Assembly: GCA_030695905.1 (NCBI GenBank)
Contig: JAUYOL010000001.1
Coordinates: forward strand, 2,023 to 66,022
Direction: 5' to 3'
DNA length: 64,000 nucleotides
From: Candidatus Omnitrophota bacterium
GTDB taxonomy: Bacteria > Omnitrophota > Gorgyraeia > 2-01-FULL-45-10
Position numbers and translations under genes: made by a program. This document shows, one piece after another, positions 18,583 to 27,714 of this stretch (the first letter of the stretch is position 1; the number at the start of each line of letters is the position of its first letter). The notes below the pieces were generated by a model that did no database searches, had not been told where the DNA came from, and worked only from the letters and a program-made list of their open reading frames with translations.

Positions 18583-18918
18583 TTAACGCGTATGGCCTTC
18601 ATGTGTTGTATGTTCGCCGCTGGTAACCTCTTTCGCCTTTGCGATATATTTCTCCGGATTATTTTTGAATGCGTCGATGCACATCGGGCAGCAGAAATTG
18701 TAGATCTTGCCCTTATGTTCATAAGTCGTGTTTCCGTCCACTTCTTCACCGCTTATAGGGCAGGTCTTATTGCCTACATTAACGGCATCTGTGTCCTGCG
18801 CATATGCTTGACCTGAATCTTTATGGCTATCCATATCACACGACATGGCAAAAGATATCCCGCTCATCCCGAAAATAACTATCGCCGCAAACAATATAAT
18901 TTTTATTTTACCGATCAT
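18583..18918 (-). CDS. Secreted YHS/TRASH-domain metal-binding protein
   Basis: Signal peptide, then CPISGEEV...YNFCCPMC YHS-type motif and a His-rich C-terminus. Confidence 0.6.
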   Translation of the reverse strand: MIGKIKIILFAAIVIFGMSGISFAMSCDMDSHKDSGQAYAQDTDAVNVGNKTCPISGEEVDGNTTYEHKGKIYNFCCPMCIDAFKNNPEKYIAKAKEVTSGEHTTHEGHTR

Positions 18919-19082
18919 CTTAATCTCCTTCCGTTATCTTTTTTCCATTTTTACTATTTCACTATGGGCAGTTTAACGTCTTGCCCCGGACAATATACAG
19001 CACCCTTCTTTACAACGCGCCACGGGTCTAATAAGCCAACGAATATAGTTTCTCGCCATTTTGATCATCCCCCTTTCTGATA

Positions 19083-19370
19083 TCAGCTCGTCTTTCTAAA
19101 TTTGGAGATTGTCTCCACCACTTCATTGATTTTCTTTAACTTTTCTATCTCGGACTTTCCTTTAAGAGCGGTGACAACACAGCCTTCCACATGCTTTTTG
19201 AAAATCTCATCCTCAACCCTGTAGAGCGCGCCTATGATAGAGCGTATCTGGGTAATGATATCTATGCAGTATCTTCTTTCCTCAATCATATGCTGTATGC
19301 CGCGGATCTGGCCTTCGATCTTGTTTAAAAACTTTATCTGCTCTTCATGCGTGGTTATCTGTTTTTTCAT
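19083..19370 (-). CDS. csoR: CsoR/RcnR-family copper-sensing repressor
   Basis: 95 aa; the RYCIDIITQIRSI ... HVEGC pattern gives the C-H-C metal ligands of CsoR. Confidence 0.8.
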   Translation of the reverse strand: MKKQITTHEEQIKFLNKIEGQIRGIQHMIEERRYCIDIITQIRSIIGALYRVEDEIFKKHVEGCVVTALKGKSEIEKLKKINEVVETISKFRKTS

Positions 19371-19401
19371 AGATATGCTCTCCTTTTTATACAGTGTAAG
19401 T

Positions 19402-19423
19402 ATACCATACCCCCCTATGGTAT
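19402..19423. promoter_or_regulatory. CsoR-type operator: ATACCATA-CCCCCC-TATGGTAT
   Basis: Perfect 8-nt inverted repeat flanking a C6 tract, about 30 nt upstream of csoR; resembles known GC-centred CsoR operators. Confidence 0.5.
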
Positions 19424-19448
19424 GTCAAGTATTAAAAAATAAATGCGG

Positions 19449-20075
19449 CTAAATTTTTCTTACCACGTATTCCAAAATACAGTCGGCCTGTTTGGCAGCA
19501 GCTACATTCACTCGCGGTGATAAGGCGGGCTTATGGCAGATATCGGACTTAAGATCCCCTATCATGACGAGATTATCTTTTATCCTATGGACCCTTATAT
19601 CGTCGCTTGAGCCGACACCGCCAAGACCTGAAACCGCTACGATAAACTTTTTCATCTGAAGTAGCTTTTCCAGAAGCATCCTCTTGTATTCGGCCGTATC
19701 AAGGCACTCCGCCACGATATCACATCCGCCGAATATCTCATCTATATTATTCTCGTCTATCTTTTTATTCACTGCTTTAAGTTTAAGGGCCGGATTTATC
19801 CTTAATAGGTTTTCTTTAAGCGCCTCTACTTTAATCCTGCCCACCTGATCCAGAAAATAGAACTGCCTGTCGAGATTCGTGGCATCCACCGTGTCGAAAT
19901 CCGCTATAGTGAGATTCGCAACGCCCGCCCTTACTAAATTCATGGCGCAATTCGACCCTAAGCCTCCCGCGCCCGCGATCCCAATTTTAGCGGCCTGGAC
20001 TTTTTTGAAACTCTCTTTGCCCAGCTTCTTAGCTATATCAGCGTGAAATATATCTATCGTCATATATGCATCCAA
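19449..20075 (-). CDS. thiF: ThiF-like E1 adenylyltransferase for ThiS
   Basis: [10 protein letters not shown] Rossmann motif; position in the thi operon. Confidence 0.75.
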   Translation of the reverse strand: MDAYMTIDIFHADIAKKLGKESFKKVQAAKIGIAGAGGLGSNCAMNLVRAGVANLTIADFDTVDATNLDRQFYFLDQVGRIKVEALKENLLRINPALKLKAVNKKIDENNIDEIFGGCDIVAECLDTAEYKRMLLEKLLQMKKFIVAVSGLGGVGSSDDIRVHRIKDNLVMIGDLKSDICHKPALSPRVNVAAAKQADCILEYVVRKI

Positions 20076-21118
20076 TCTTTGAATACTGCCTGATACCCAT
20101 TCTTGTCGAGCATCGCCTTTATCTCTTCTACGCCTCTTGAGTCTGATATCTCAAATTGGGCTGTGCAGTCATCGGCTTCATATTTTATCGTATGGCCTCC
20201 GACGCGTGTAGTGGAGCCAGCGGACATCCTCGTAATGCCCAAGGGTATCAGGTTCTCGCGCAATTCCGGCCTTTCGCGCGTAGACAGCGCTATCCCCAGT
20301 CTCGGAAGAAAAATTCTTAGGGCCAGTATTATCTGGACTAAATTTTTATCACTTACTTCATGATCCGCTCTAAAACCGCTTACCTGAGGCCTTATTCTGG
20401 GAAGCGACACTCCTATCTCAACATCCGGAAATTTGTCCCGCAGATACTTCGCGTGAAGGCCAAGAATAAATATCTCTTTTCTCCAATCGGCAAGCCCCAG
20501 AAGAACACCTATATTTATATTTCTCATGCCGGCCTTTGCTCCGCGCTCCGGCGCGTCGAGACGAAAACGATAGTCACTCTTTGGCCCTTTTGGATGCATA
20601 TTATCATATATATTTTCGTCGTATACCTCCTGATATATAGTAAGCCCGTCGGCACCTTCGCAAATAAGCTGCGAATATTCTTCCTCGGTAAGAGAGTAGA
20701 CTTCTATCGATATGGATGAAAAATATTTTTTTAGCAGCCTGACGCAATCTCTGATATAACTTACCGGGCTCATCGATCTGGATTCGCCTGTAAGTATGAG
20801 AATATGCCTTAAACCCGTCGAAGAAATGGCGCGGGCCTCATCTTCTACCTCTTTGAGAGTAAGCGTTCTTCTCTCTATCTTGTTATTAACATTGAAGCCG
20901 CAATACAGGCAAAGATTATCGCAGTAATTTGAAAGATACATCGGCGTATATAGCCCGATGGTCTTGCCAAAATATCTTAATGTAAGGCCACGGGCATTTT
21001 GAGCCATCTCTTCCAAAGAGCCTTCTGCCGCAGGAGACAGCAGGGCAGTAAATTTTTGAATCTCGGATTCATAACTGCCGGAATTTTTATATCTTGAAAA
21101 TACTTCATAAAAACTCAT
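20060..21118 (-). CDS. thiH: 2-iminoacetate synthase (radical SAM)
   Basis: [10 protein letters not shown] CxxxCxxC motif; 352 aa; thi operon context. Confidence 0.8.
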   Translation of the reverse strand: MSFYEVFSRYKNSGSYESEIQKFTALLSPAAEGSLEEMAQNARGLTLRYFGKTIGLYTPMYLSNYCDNLCLYCGFNVNNKIERRTLTLKEVEDEARAISSTGLRHILILTGESRSMSPVSYIRDCVRLLKKYFSSISIEVYSLTEEEYSQLICEGADGLTIYQEVYDENIYDNMHPKGPKSDYRFRLDAPERGAKAGMRNINIGVLLGLADWRKEIFILGLHAKYLRDKFPDVEIGVSLPRIRPQVSGFRADHEVSDKNLVQIILALRIFLPRLGIALSTRERPELRENLIPLGITRMSAGSTTRVGGHTIKYEADDCTAQFEISDSRGVEEIKAMLDKNGYQAVFKDWMHI

Positions 21119-21129
21119 ATCTTTTCCTG

Positions 21130-21921
21130 CTAACTCTCTCTTAAAAATCCGGTTAATGGGCTGGATGCGCTTGCATTAATAGATTGGGACGGGATACCAC
21201 CCAGATATCCGAGCCTTCCGGCCTTGACAGCTATGCTGAATGCTTTTGCCATAACGGCAGGATCTTGGGCTATAGCTATCGCCGTATTTACTAATACAGC
21301 CGCACAGCCTAATTCCATACAGTCGCATGCGTCGGAGGGCCTGCCAAGCCCCGCGTCTACAATAACCGGGATCTTTATCTCTCGCACTATGATCTCGATC
21401 AGCTCTCGTGTCTTAACACCTCTATTGCTTCCTATCGGAGAGCCCAGCGGCATTATGGCCGCCGCTCCTGCATCGACCATCCTTCTTGCTGCTGATAGAT
21501 CAGGGCTCATATATGGGAATACCTTAAATCCGTCTTTGGCCAGTATCTCGGTTGCCTTTAATGTCTCCATGTTATCCGGCAATAAATATTTATTGTCCTG
21601 GATAACTTCTATCTTGACCCAATCGCACGCGCCAGTTGCCCTGGCCAACCGCGCTATTCTTACGGCCTCATCGGCATTTCTCGCTCCGGACGTATTAGGC
21701 ATAACTATACAATTTTTTGGCACATAGTCCAGTATGTTTTCCGTCTTAGAGGCGCTATCAACCCTTCTTAAAGCAACGGTGGCCACTTCTATCTCTGATT
21801 CCTCCAGCGCCCGTTTCATTACAGAATAATTAGAAAATTTGCCTGTGCCGATAAAGAGCCTGTTTGATATCGATTTACCACCTATATTCAATATATCCTG
21901 CACTTTATCCTCCTCCAACAA
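21130..21921 (-). CDS. thiG: Thiazole synthase
   Basis: 263 aa TIM-barrel ThiG-like sequence (GTGKF, Schiff-base Lys region). Confidence 0.85.
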   Translation of the reverse strand: MLEEDKVQDILNIGGKSISNRLFIGTGKFSNYSVMKRALEESEIEVATVALRRVDSASKTENILDYVPKNCIVMPNTSGARNADEAVRIARLARATGACDWVKIEVIQDNKYLLPDNMETLKATEILAKDGFKVFPYMSPDLSAARRMVDAGAAAIMPLGSPIGSNRGVKTRELIEIIVREIKIPVIVDAGLGRPSDACDCMELGCAAVLVNTAIAIAQDPAVMAKAFSIAVKAGRLGYLGGIPSQSINASASSPLTGFLRES

Positions 21922-22105
21922 AGCTGACTATCTCGACATTGTCGTTTTCTTTCAACGCGATGCCCCGCCACTCGTCTTTTGAAATTATCTTAAGGTTGTA
22001 TTCTACCACTATATGTTCCGGCACGAGCCCTTTTGCCGATATGAGTTCCATCAAATTCACCGGTTTATCTATCGATTCACTTTTGCCGTTTATCTTTAGT
22101 ACCAT
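21905..22105 (-). CDS. thiS: Sulfur-carrier protein ThiS
   Basis: 66 aa ending in -GG; overlaps thiG and thiE. Confidence 0.75.
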   Translation of the reverse strand: MVLKINGKSESIDKPVNLMELISAKGLVPEHIVVEYNLKIISKDEWRGIALKENDNVEIVSFVGGG

Positions 22106-22739
22106 TTTTGATTGCCCTCTTAAATTCTTTGGTTTTTTTAACTACATCATCTGCCTGGGTAATGCCTCTTATTAAAGCTATATTCTTCGCCCCCTTATTA
22201 AGGCAGCCGCCTATATTCGCGAGATCTATCCCGCCGATAAAGAATACCGGTTTTTTCGCTATATTTAATACTTTATCTACTCCATCGATACCTATGCAAT
22301 AATCCTTTGTTTCCGTTTCAAATAGAGGGCCAAACGCCACATAATCAAAATCTTTTTCGTTAGCTTCCCTGAACTGTTCTTCCGAATGAGTCGATATGCC
22401 TATTATTTTTTTGCGCCCCAGAAGACGGCGGGCCATTTCAAGAGAAAATAACTTAATGTCCTCCTGGCCCAGGTGGACCCCGTCGGCGCCTACCTCTTTC
22501 GCGAGCATAGGATCATCGTTGACTATGAATGTCACGTTGTTGTTTCTACAAAGACCCGACAACTTCTTGCCAAGCTCAACAAGTTCTTTGGCGGTCTTAT
22601 TCTTCTCTCTCATCTGGATAATATCAACTCCGCCTTTAATGGCGTGCTTTGCGATCTCAATGGCATTGCGGCCGCATCCATATTCTTCGCTTATCACCAG
22701 GTATAGACTATAATCTTTTATTTTTTTCATACTCCTCAA
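22077..22739 (-). CDS. thiE: Thiamine-phosphate synthase
   Basis: ThiE-like (..GGVDIIQMREK..). The track start is TTG 22739; ATG at 22730 (MKKIKDYSLY) is the likely start. Confidence 0.8.
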   Translation of the reverse strand: MRSMKKIKDYSLYLVISEEYGCGRNAIEIAKHAIKGGVDIIQMREKNKTAKELVELGKKLSGLCRNNNVTFIVNDDPMLAKEVGADGVHLGQEDIKLFSLEMARRLLGRKKIIGISTHSEEQFREANEKDFDYVAFGPLFETETKDYCIGIDGVDKVLNIAKKPVFFIGGIDLANIGGCLNKGAKNIALIRGITQADDVVKKTKEFKRAIKNGTKDKRQK

Positions 22740-22782
22740 TAAAATGACCCTTGTGCCGAAGCATAAGGGTCCTTAAAATCTA

Positions 22783-22873
22783 TTCCCCACGCTGGCATTA
22801 TCCAGATCGGGTCCATTGGGTAATCCGCTTAAATCTTGCGGAACTCTCAGACCGAAATCATCGGCCTCCCCTC
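22783..22873 (-). promoter_or_regulatory. TPP (THI-box) riboswitch with terminator-type expression platform upstream of thiE
   Basis: Minus-strand RNA contains CUGAGA and ACCCGAUCUGGAUAAUGCCAGCGUGGGGA, which match the TPP aptamer consensus. This is followed by the hairpin GACCCUU...AAGGGUC plus a U-run (about 22744-22775). Confidence 0.8.
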
Positions 22874-22925
22874 TTGTTCTGTATATTAAACCACCTGCCA
22901 AAATGTTTGTCAAACGAATACTTTA

Positions 22926-23945
22926 TTATATTCTCAAGCTCTCGACTGTTTCTTTGTCTGCGGGTTTGGCAAAAATAGTATCTTTGGGCAAAGAGCCGGC
23001 CTCCCAATAATTAACGGCTACTGATTTTTCGCCGCGAAATTTGGTATGATATGCGGCCACGCTTGCCGCCAGATTAACAAGCTTATCGTCTGCCTTGCCT
23101 CTTAATATAGATAGCGGGCCCTGGTGGTCTTTCATTATAAAAATAATATCGCCGGATTTAGCAAGCGATTCTAAGATCTCGTTTTCCGCGGCGTCCCTGC
23201 CCACGACGAGCCTTACACTATCAGAAAGCCTGAAATGCCTGCCTACGGAAAGAATAGCAAGATTTTCTTTGATAAACTCGCCGTGCTTCATAGCTTCCTT
23301 AACCCTTTGCGCAAAGCAGGGGTCTGTAAGTAAGCATCCTCCGGCGGGGCTCGGATATTTTGTAATGCCAAATTTTTCCGCTAACGCCATCTGCGGCTTG
23401 CGGGACCTTCCTCTTATATCCAGAAGCTTTTCTCTGTCAACTATGCCTTCGAGCTCAGGCTTTGTGAGAGGCAGATTTTTTGCCGTAAGCGGCCTCAAAA
23501 GAATACCTCTGACTCCGGCGGTCTTCTCGATAAGATTAAGAGCGTCCTTCCTCTGCGACATCGGCCGCTCGCCCAGGACCTCCCCTGTCACCAAAAATGA
23601 CGCGCCAAGCTTTTCCATGAGAGACTTGGCGTGTTTAAGCATATAAATTTTACAGTCTATGCAGGGATTTATGTTAGAGCCGTGGCCATACCGCGGATTC
23701 TTTACGATCTCGACAAAATCATCGGTTATATCTATGGTCTTTAGCTCGACTCCGAGCATCTTTGCCGCGGCCTGAGCGGGGCTTTCGCCCGTTTTTTTCG
23801 TGCCGCACATGCAGAGTTTCGCCGAAAAATTGACCGCAATGACATCGATACCCTGTTCAAGCATCAATTTCACCGCAAGGATGCTGTCTAACCCGCCGGA
23901 AAGCAAGACTATCGCCTTCTTATTCATCGACACATTATATATCAT
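22926..23945 (-). CDS. MnmA-like PP-loop tRNA 2-thiouridylase family protein
   Basis: SGGLDS PP-loop, NPCIDCKIYMLK and GGCLLTDPCF motifs parallel MnmA (NPDILCNKEIKF, DSTGICFIGE). Confidence 0.6.
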   Translation of the reverse strand: MIYNVSMNKKAIVLLSGGLDSILAVKLMLEQGIDVIAVNFSAKLCMCGTKKTGESPAQAAAKMLGVELKTIDITDDFVEIVKNPRYGHGSNINPCIDCKIYMLKHAKSLMEKLGASFLVTGEVLGERPMSQRKDALNLIEKTAGVRGILLRPLTAKNLPLTKPELEGIVDREKLLDIRGRSRKPQMALAEKFGITKYPSPAGGCLLTDPCFAQRVKEAMKHGEFIKENLAILSVGRHFRLSDSVRLVVGRDAAENEILESLAKSGDIIFIMKDHQGPLSILRGKADDKLVNLAASVAAYHTKFRGEKSVAVNYWEAGSLPKDTIFAKPADKETVESLRI

Positions 23946-26031
23946 GGTTAGGATAACGGGAAGGATTTTTCAATGCGGTAAAATAACGCCAGGCCCTGCA
24001 TCGCCTGTCCCACCATTGCATAGTTTCGGTAATATATAATACGAAACCCTTTTTTATATAAGAATCATTTACAAATATTTGATTGCCATCGCCGCCTTTT
24101 ACTTTTCCATACAGGAAGACCGTTCCTTTTTTTATTATAACAACTCCTTTATATTGCGCGTCGTTCCAATATAACAAGTTGAGGTTTTTCTTAATCCTGG
24201 AAGGGGAGAAATCGACGTCTTTTTCTTCAGCAAACCAACGCCCATAGGTAAATACAGCTTTACCGGCGCCTTCATAAATCGTCCAGCTATCAGATACTCT
24301 ATATAGAACAAAATCTTCTTTGGCTATCAATAACCCTTGTTCCTTCTCAGCAAAATCTTTTTTATATTTATTAAGCTCTTCGAGTTCTTTGCCAATGATC
24401 TCGCCTCTGTATAGCTCGGCAACTGTATGTATTTCCTTGCGGGGAGGCGGAGAACGCGCTGAAGAGCATGAACTGTCATCAATCCTGTCTTCGTCGTAGC
24501 CCTCACGCCACAAACTTTCAAATTCATCATAATATTCTCCGACTTTAAATGGGATTAAAATTAGGTTTTCCATGTTCTTATTTTCGGCGGCTTTAGTCCA
24601 ATTGTAACTACCTGTAACTGTATTATTCCCTATAATTGCAAATTTATTATGCATCATGCCGCCTTTTATCCTGTAATATTTTATTACCATATAGCCACGA
24701 TTTTTTTTAGCCATTCTGCCGGGATCTATATTGCGCATGTCGTCTTCAAATCTATGCAGATGCCTTACCGCTGAAGCAGGGTGGTTTTGTTGGATCTTAT
24801 CGAGAACTATCTCTATATTCACTCCGGACTCTTTAGCGTCAAAGAGTTCTTTTGCGATTTTTTTATTGGTAAAATAATGCAGGGCGATCTTTATTGTATA
24901 TGGTATTTCCGGCCTGCATTCTTTGTTTGCCCTAGCTTCACTTATCAGCCGTATCAATTCATCTTCGCATCTCCCTCTTGGGGAGAATAAAGACATGATC
25001 CCGCGGCATAGCGAAGGCCCGCGGATTTTCGGCGGCGAACGATCCTTACACCCCCACAAACAGCAGAATTCCTCCTTAAAAGACTCTATAAAAGGAAGGA
25101 TTATTAGGTTCTCTCTGTTTAATTTTTCCGCCTGACCTGTCCAATTATAACTACCTGTATATATCTTTTTATCGTCTATTATCATAAACTTGTTATGCAT
25201 CAGGCTACCTTTTTTATAATAATATTTTATTTTTACATCGTAAGATTCGAGTTCTCCTGCCAGCTTATTTGAGTCGCGCTTGCCGTTCAGAAATAATCTC
25301 ACCTTAACACCCCTTGATGCCGCTTTCTTTATCGCTTCGGCAATTTTTATACTGCTAAAATCGCAGATAGCGGCATCTATCGTACAACGGGACGCGTTGA
25401 TCGCATCTAATAGCTCGTCTTCGCATCCGCCCTCCGGAGAAAAGAGCACTTTGATGTCATTTGCCAGCTGGGCATATAGCTCACTGCTGATAGATTCGAT
25501 ATGCAGATAGCTGTGCGGCCCCACAGGTAACGTTATATACTTACTCGCATAACTATCTTTTTCATCCAGAAAATAATGTAAAATCGAAGCGCGGTATTCG
25601 GATGTTTTTTGATAGGTAACATACAGCCCCTTGCTCTTGGGGATCTTTTCCACGTGCAGCTGCCATGCATAATATTTTTTTAGTTCCTCTCTTATTGCCG
25701 ATATATCATAATTATTCTGCAGAGCTTTAGCGATGAGGAGATTGATGTAGAGATATGAAAATTCTTTTCTATTTTGTTCTTCTGCGGCTTTGCCGTTATC
25801 CGACACTGCGATACCTTTGTCCGAATAAACGGTAGACACTATCGGATGACTATTCAATGGCGGGCTTATAGATCTTAATGGAGAATCAAGGCAGGCATCT
25901 GTTGATATTGAAAACAACAAAAAAGACCATATAGTTATCAGGCTGATAATGCTATATGGCCCAAAGATTTTTTTTACAACGCGTGGCCCTTCTCTCATAG
26001 GTGTTACCCTTTCGAGACATAGGCGCAACAA
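23935..26031 (-). CDS. Membrane-anchored protein with two tandem Nuc-like PLD (HKD) domains and an uncharacterised C-terminal domain
   Basis: Two HxK motifs: MHNKFMIIDDKKIYTGSYNWTGQAE and MHNKFAIIGNNTVTGSYNWTKAAE. Each is preceded by FSP.G.CEDEL; N-terminal hydrophobic segment. Confidence 0.7.
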   Translation of the reverse strand: MLRLCLERVTPMREGPRVVKKIFGPYSIISLITIWSFLLFSISTDACLDSPLRSISPPLNSHPIVSTVYSDKGIAVSDNGKAAEEQNRKEFSYLYINLLIAKALQNNYDISAIREELKKYYAWQLHVEKIPKSKGLYVTYQKTSEYRASILHYFLDEKDSYASKYITLPVGPHSYLHIESISSELYAQLANDIKVLFSPEGGCEDELLDAINASRCTIDAAICDFSSIKIAEAIKKAASRGVKVRLFLNGKRDSNKLAGELESYDVKIKYYYKKGSLMHNKFMIIDDKKIYTGSYNWTGQAEKLNRENLIILPFIESFKEEFCCLWGCKDRSPPKIRGPSLCRGIMSLFSPRGRCEDELIRLISEARANKECRPEIPYTIKIALHYFTNKKIAKELFDAKESGVNIEIVLDKIQQNHPASAVRHLHRFEDDMRNIDPGRMAKKNRGYMVIKYYRIKGGMMHNKFAIIGNNTVTGSYNWTKAAENKNMENLILIPFKVGEYYDEFESLWREGYDEDRIDDSSCSSARSPPPRKEIHTVAELYRGEIIGKELEELNKYKKDFAEKEQGLLIAKEDFVLYRVSDSWTIYEGAGKAVFTYGRWFAEEKDVDFSPSRIKKNLNLLYWNDAQYKGVVIIKKGTVFLYGKVKGGDGNQIFVNDSYIKKGFVLYITETMQWWDRRCRAWRYFTALKNPSRYPNHDI

Positions 26032-26144
26032 TTGTTCAATTTTTTACAGCATGCTTCTCCTTACTTAGCGTCTAAAAAAAGTATAGCCCCGAATTGCCGA
26101 ATGGCAATAAGGAATCGCCAGCTTTTGTATTACTTAATTTTATA

Positions 26145-27461
26145 TTATTCTGGTCTCTGTTTTAATTTGGCGAGCCACTCTTTGATCTTCTTTTCGTGCC
26201 CGATATCGGTGGGGATATAATAGACTTTATCTGAAGGCTTATATTCCTGTTTCACGTAATGATCCTCAAAATCATGGGCATACTTGTAGTCCTTGCCGTG
26301 CCCGAAGGCTTCTGAATCCATCGTCGCGTCTTTTAGGTGGTCCGGCACCTCCAAAACTTTTCCCTGCTCAACATCTTTGAGGGCGCTCTCTATTCCCAAA
26401 TATGCCGCATTGGACTTCGGCGCGCATGCCACATAAACGGCCGCCTGCGCCAATGGTATACGCGCCTCCGGCATTCCGACAAATTCAACCGATTGAAGCG
26501 CCGCGGCCGCAATCACAAGAGCCTGCGGATCGGCGTTGCCTACGTCTTCAGAAGCGCAGATTATAATGCGCCGGGCTATAAAACGTGGATCTTCGCCCGC
26601 ATATATCATCTTCGCGAGCCAGTATAGCACGGCATCCGGATCCGAGCCGCGCATAGATTTTATAAATGCCGATATCGTATCGTAATGCCCATCCTCGTCC
26701 TTGTCATAAACAACCGCTTTTTTCTGGATAGACTCTTCGGCTATCTTGAGCGTAAACCGGATTTTTTTATCCTTGTCCGGCGCGGTGGTCAATGCCCCGA
26801 TCTCAAGCGCCGAGAGGGCGCGCCTGGCATCGCCTTCGGAGATCTTCGCAAGGAATGCCGTTGCCTGGTCATCCATAACTATCGGCATCGCACCAAGTCC
26901 GATAGTCTTATCGGACACTGTCTTCTTTATAAGTTTAAGGATATCGCTTTCAGAAAGTTTTTTGAATTCAAATACCTGTGAGCGAGAAAGTAGCGCCGCA
27001 TTGACATAGAAAAATGGATTATGAGTTGTGGTGCCTATCATAACCGGATTGCCCGCTTCGACATCCGGCATCAAGACATCCTGCTGGGCCTTATTAAAAC
27101 GATGTATCTCGTCGACAAGAAGAATGGTGCGCCTGCCACCTATAGATTCGCGCTTCTTTGCAGCGTCTATGATCTTACGCATATCCGCAACGTTGTTCGA
27201 CGCGGCATTGATCCTTTCAAAATGCGATTTCGTCTTTTCGCTTATTATGAGAGCTAGTGTGGTCTTGCCGCATCCTGGAGGGCCGTAAAGTATCAGCGAG
27301 GAGATCTTGTCTGATTCAATGAGCCGGCGCAGTAGCCTTCCTTCACCGAGAATATGCTCTTGCCCGGTAAAGTCATCGAGTGACTTCGGCCTCATCCTCA
27401 TCGCCAAAGGCTCGTTGTCTTTTTTCGTCTTCCGCGTTTCGTCGTTCGTAAATAAGTCCAT
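26145..27461 (-). CDS. rarA: Replication-associated recombination protein A (AAA+ ATPase)
   Basis: GPPGCGKTTLA Walker A; RarA/MgsA-like C-terminal domain. Confidence 0.85.
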   Translation of the reverse strand: MDLFTNDETRKTKKDNEPLAMRMRPKSLDDFTGQEHILGEGRLLRRLIESDKISSLILYGPPGCGKTTLALIISEKTKSHFERINAASNNVADMRKIIDAAKKRESIGGRRTILLVDEIHRFNKAQQDVLMPDVEAGNPVMIGTTTHNPFFYVNAALLSRSQVFEFKKLSESDILKLIKKTVSDKTIGLGAMPIVMDDQATAFLAKISEGDARRALSALEIGALTTAPDKDKKIRFTLKIAEESIQKKAVVYDKDEDGHYDTISAFIKSMRGSDPDAVLYWLAKMIYAGEDPRFIARRIIICASEDVGNADPQALVIAAAALQSVEFVGMPEARIPLAQAAVYVACAPKSNAAYLGIESALKDVEQGKVLEVPDHLKDATMDSEAFGHGKDYKYAHDFEDHYVKQEYKPSDKVYYIPTDIGHEKKIKEWLAKLKQRPE

Positions 27462-27714
27462 AAATATATAAGATATCCCGCCTAATTAAAAATCCCCGCG
27501 ATTGCCGTGTGAAATCGAATTATCTTGATCCTGTTATTTACAGGTGGGTGCCCTCCAGATAAGCGCTAAAAGCTCCTACCCGAGTTAGGCTCCCAATATT
27601 AATGCTATTGGCTCAAGATTCTTCGCTCAAAGCACGCGCACCGCAGGGAATTTTTTACTTCCAAGACAAGTATAGCACATAAAATAGTGTAAATCAAATT
27701 GCGGTAAGCCTTGG

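Noticed and set aside
27462-27714. 250-nt intergenic region between pheT and rarA examined for a small RNA (6S, SRP or tRNA-like)
   Set aside because: There are no convincing conserved motifs or stable cloverleaf or hairpin-plus-U-tract features. It is probably just a terminator/promoter spacer.
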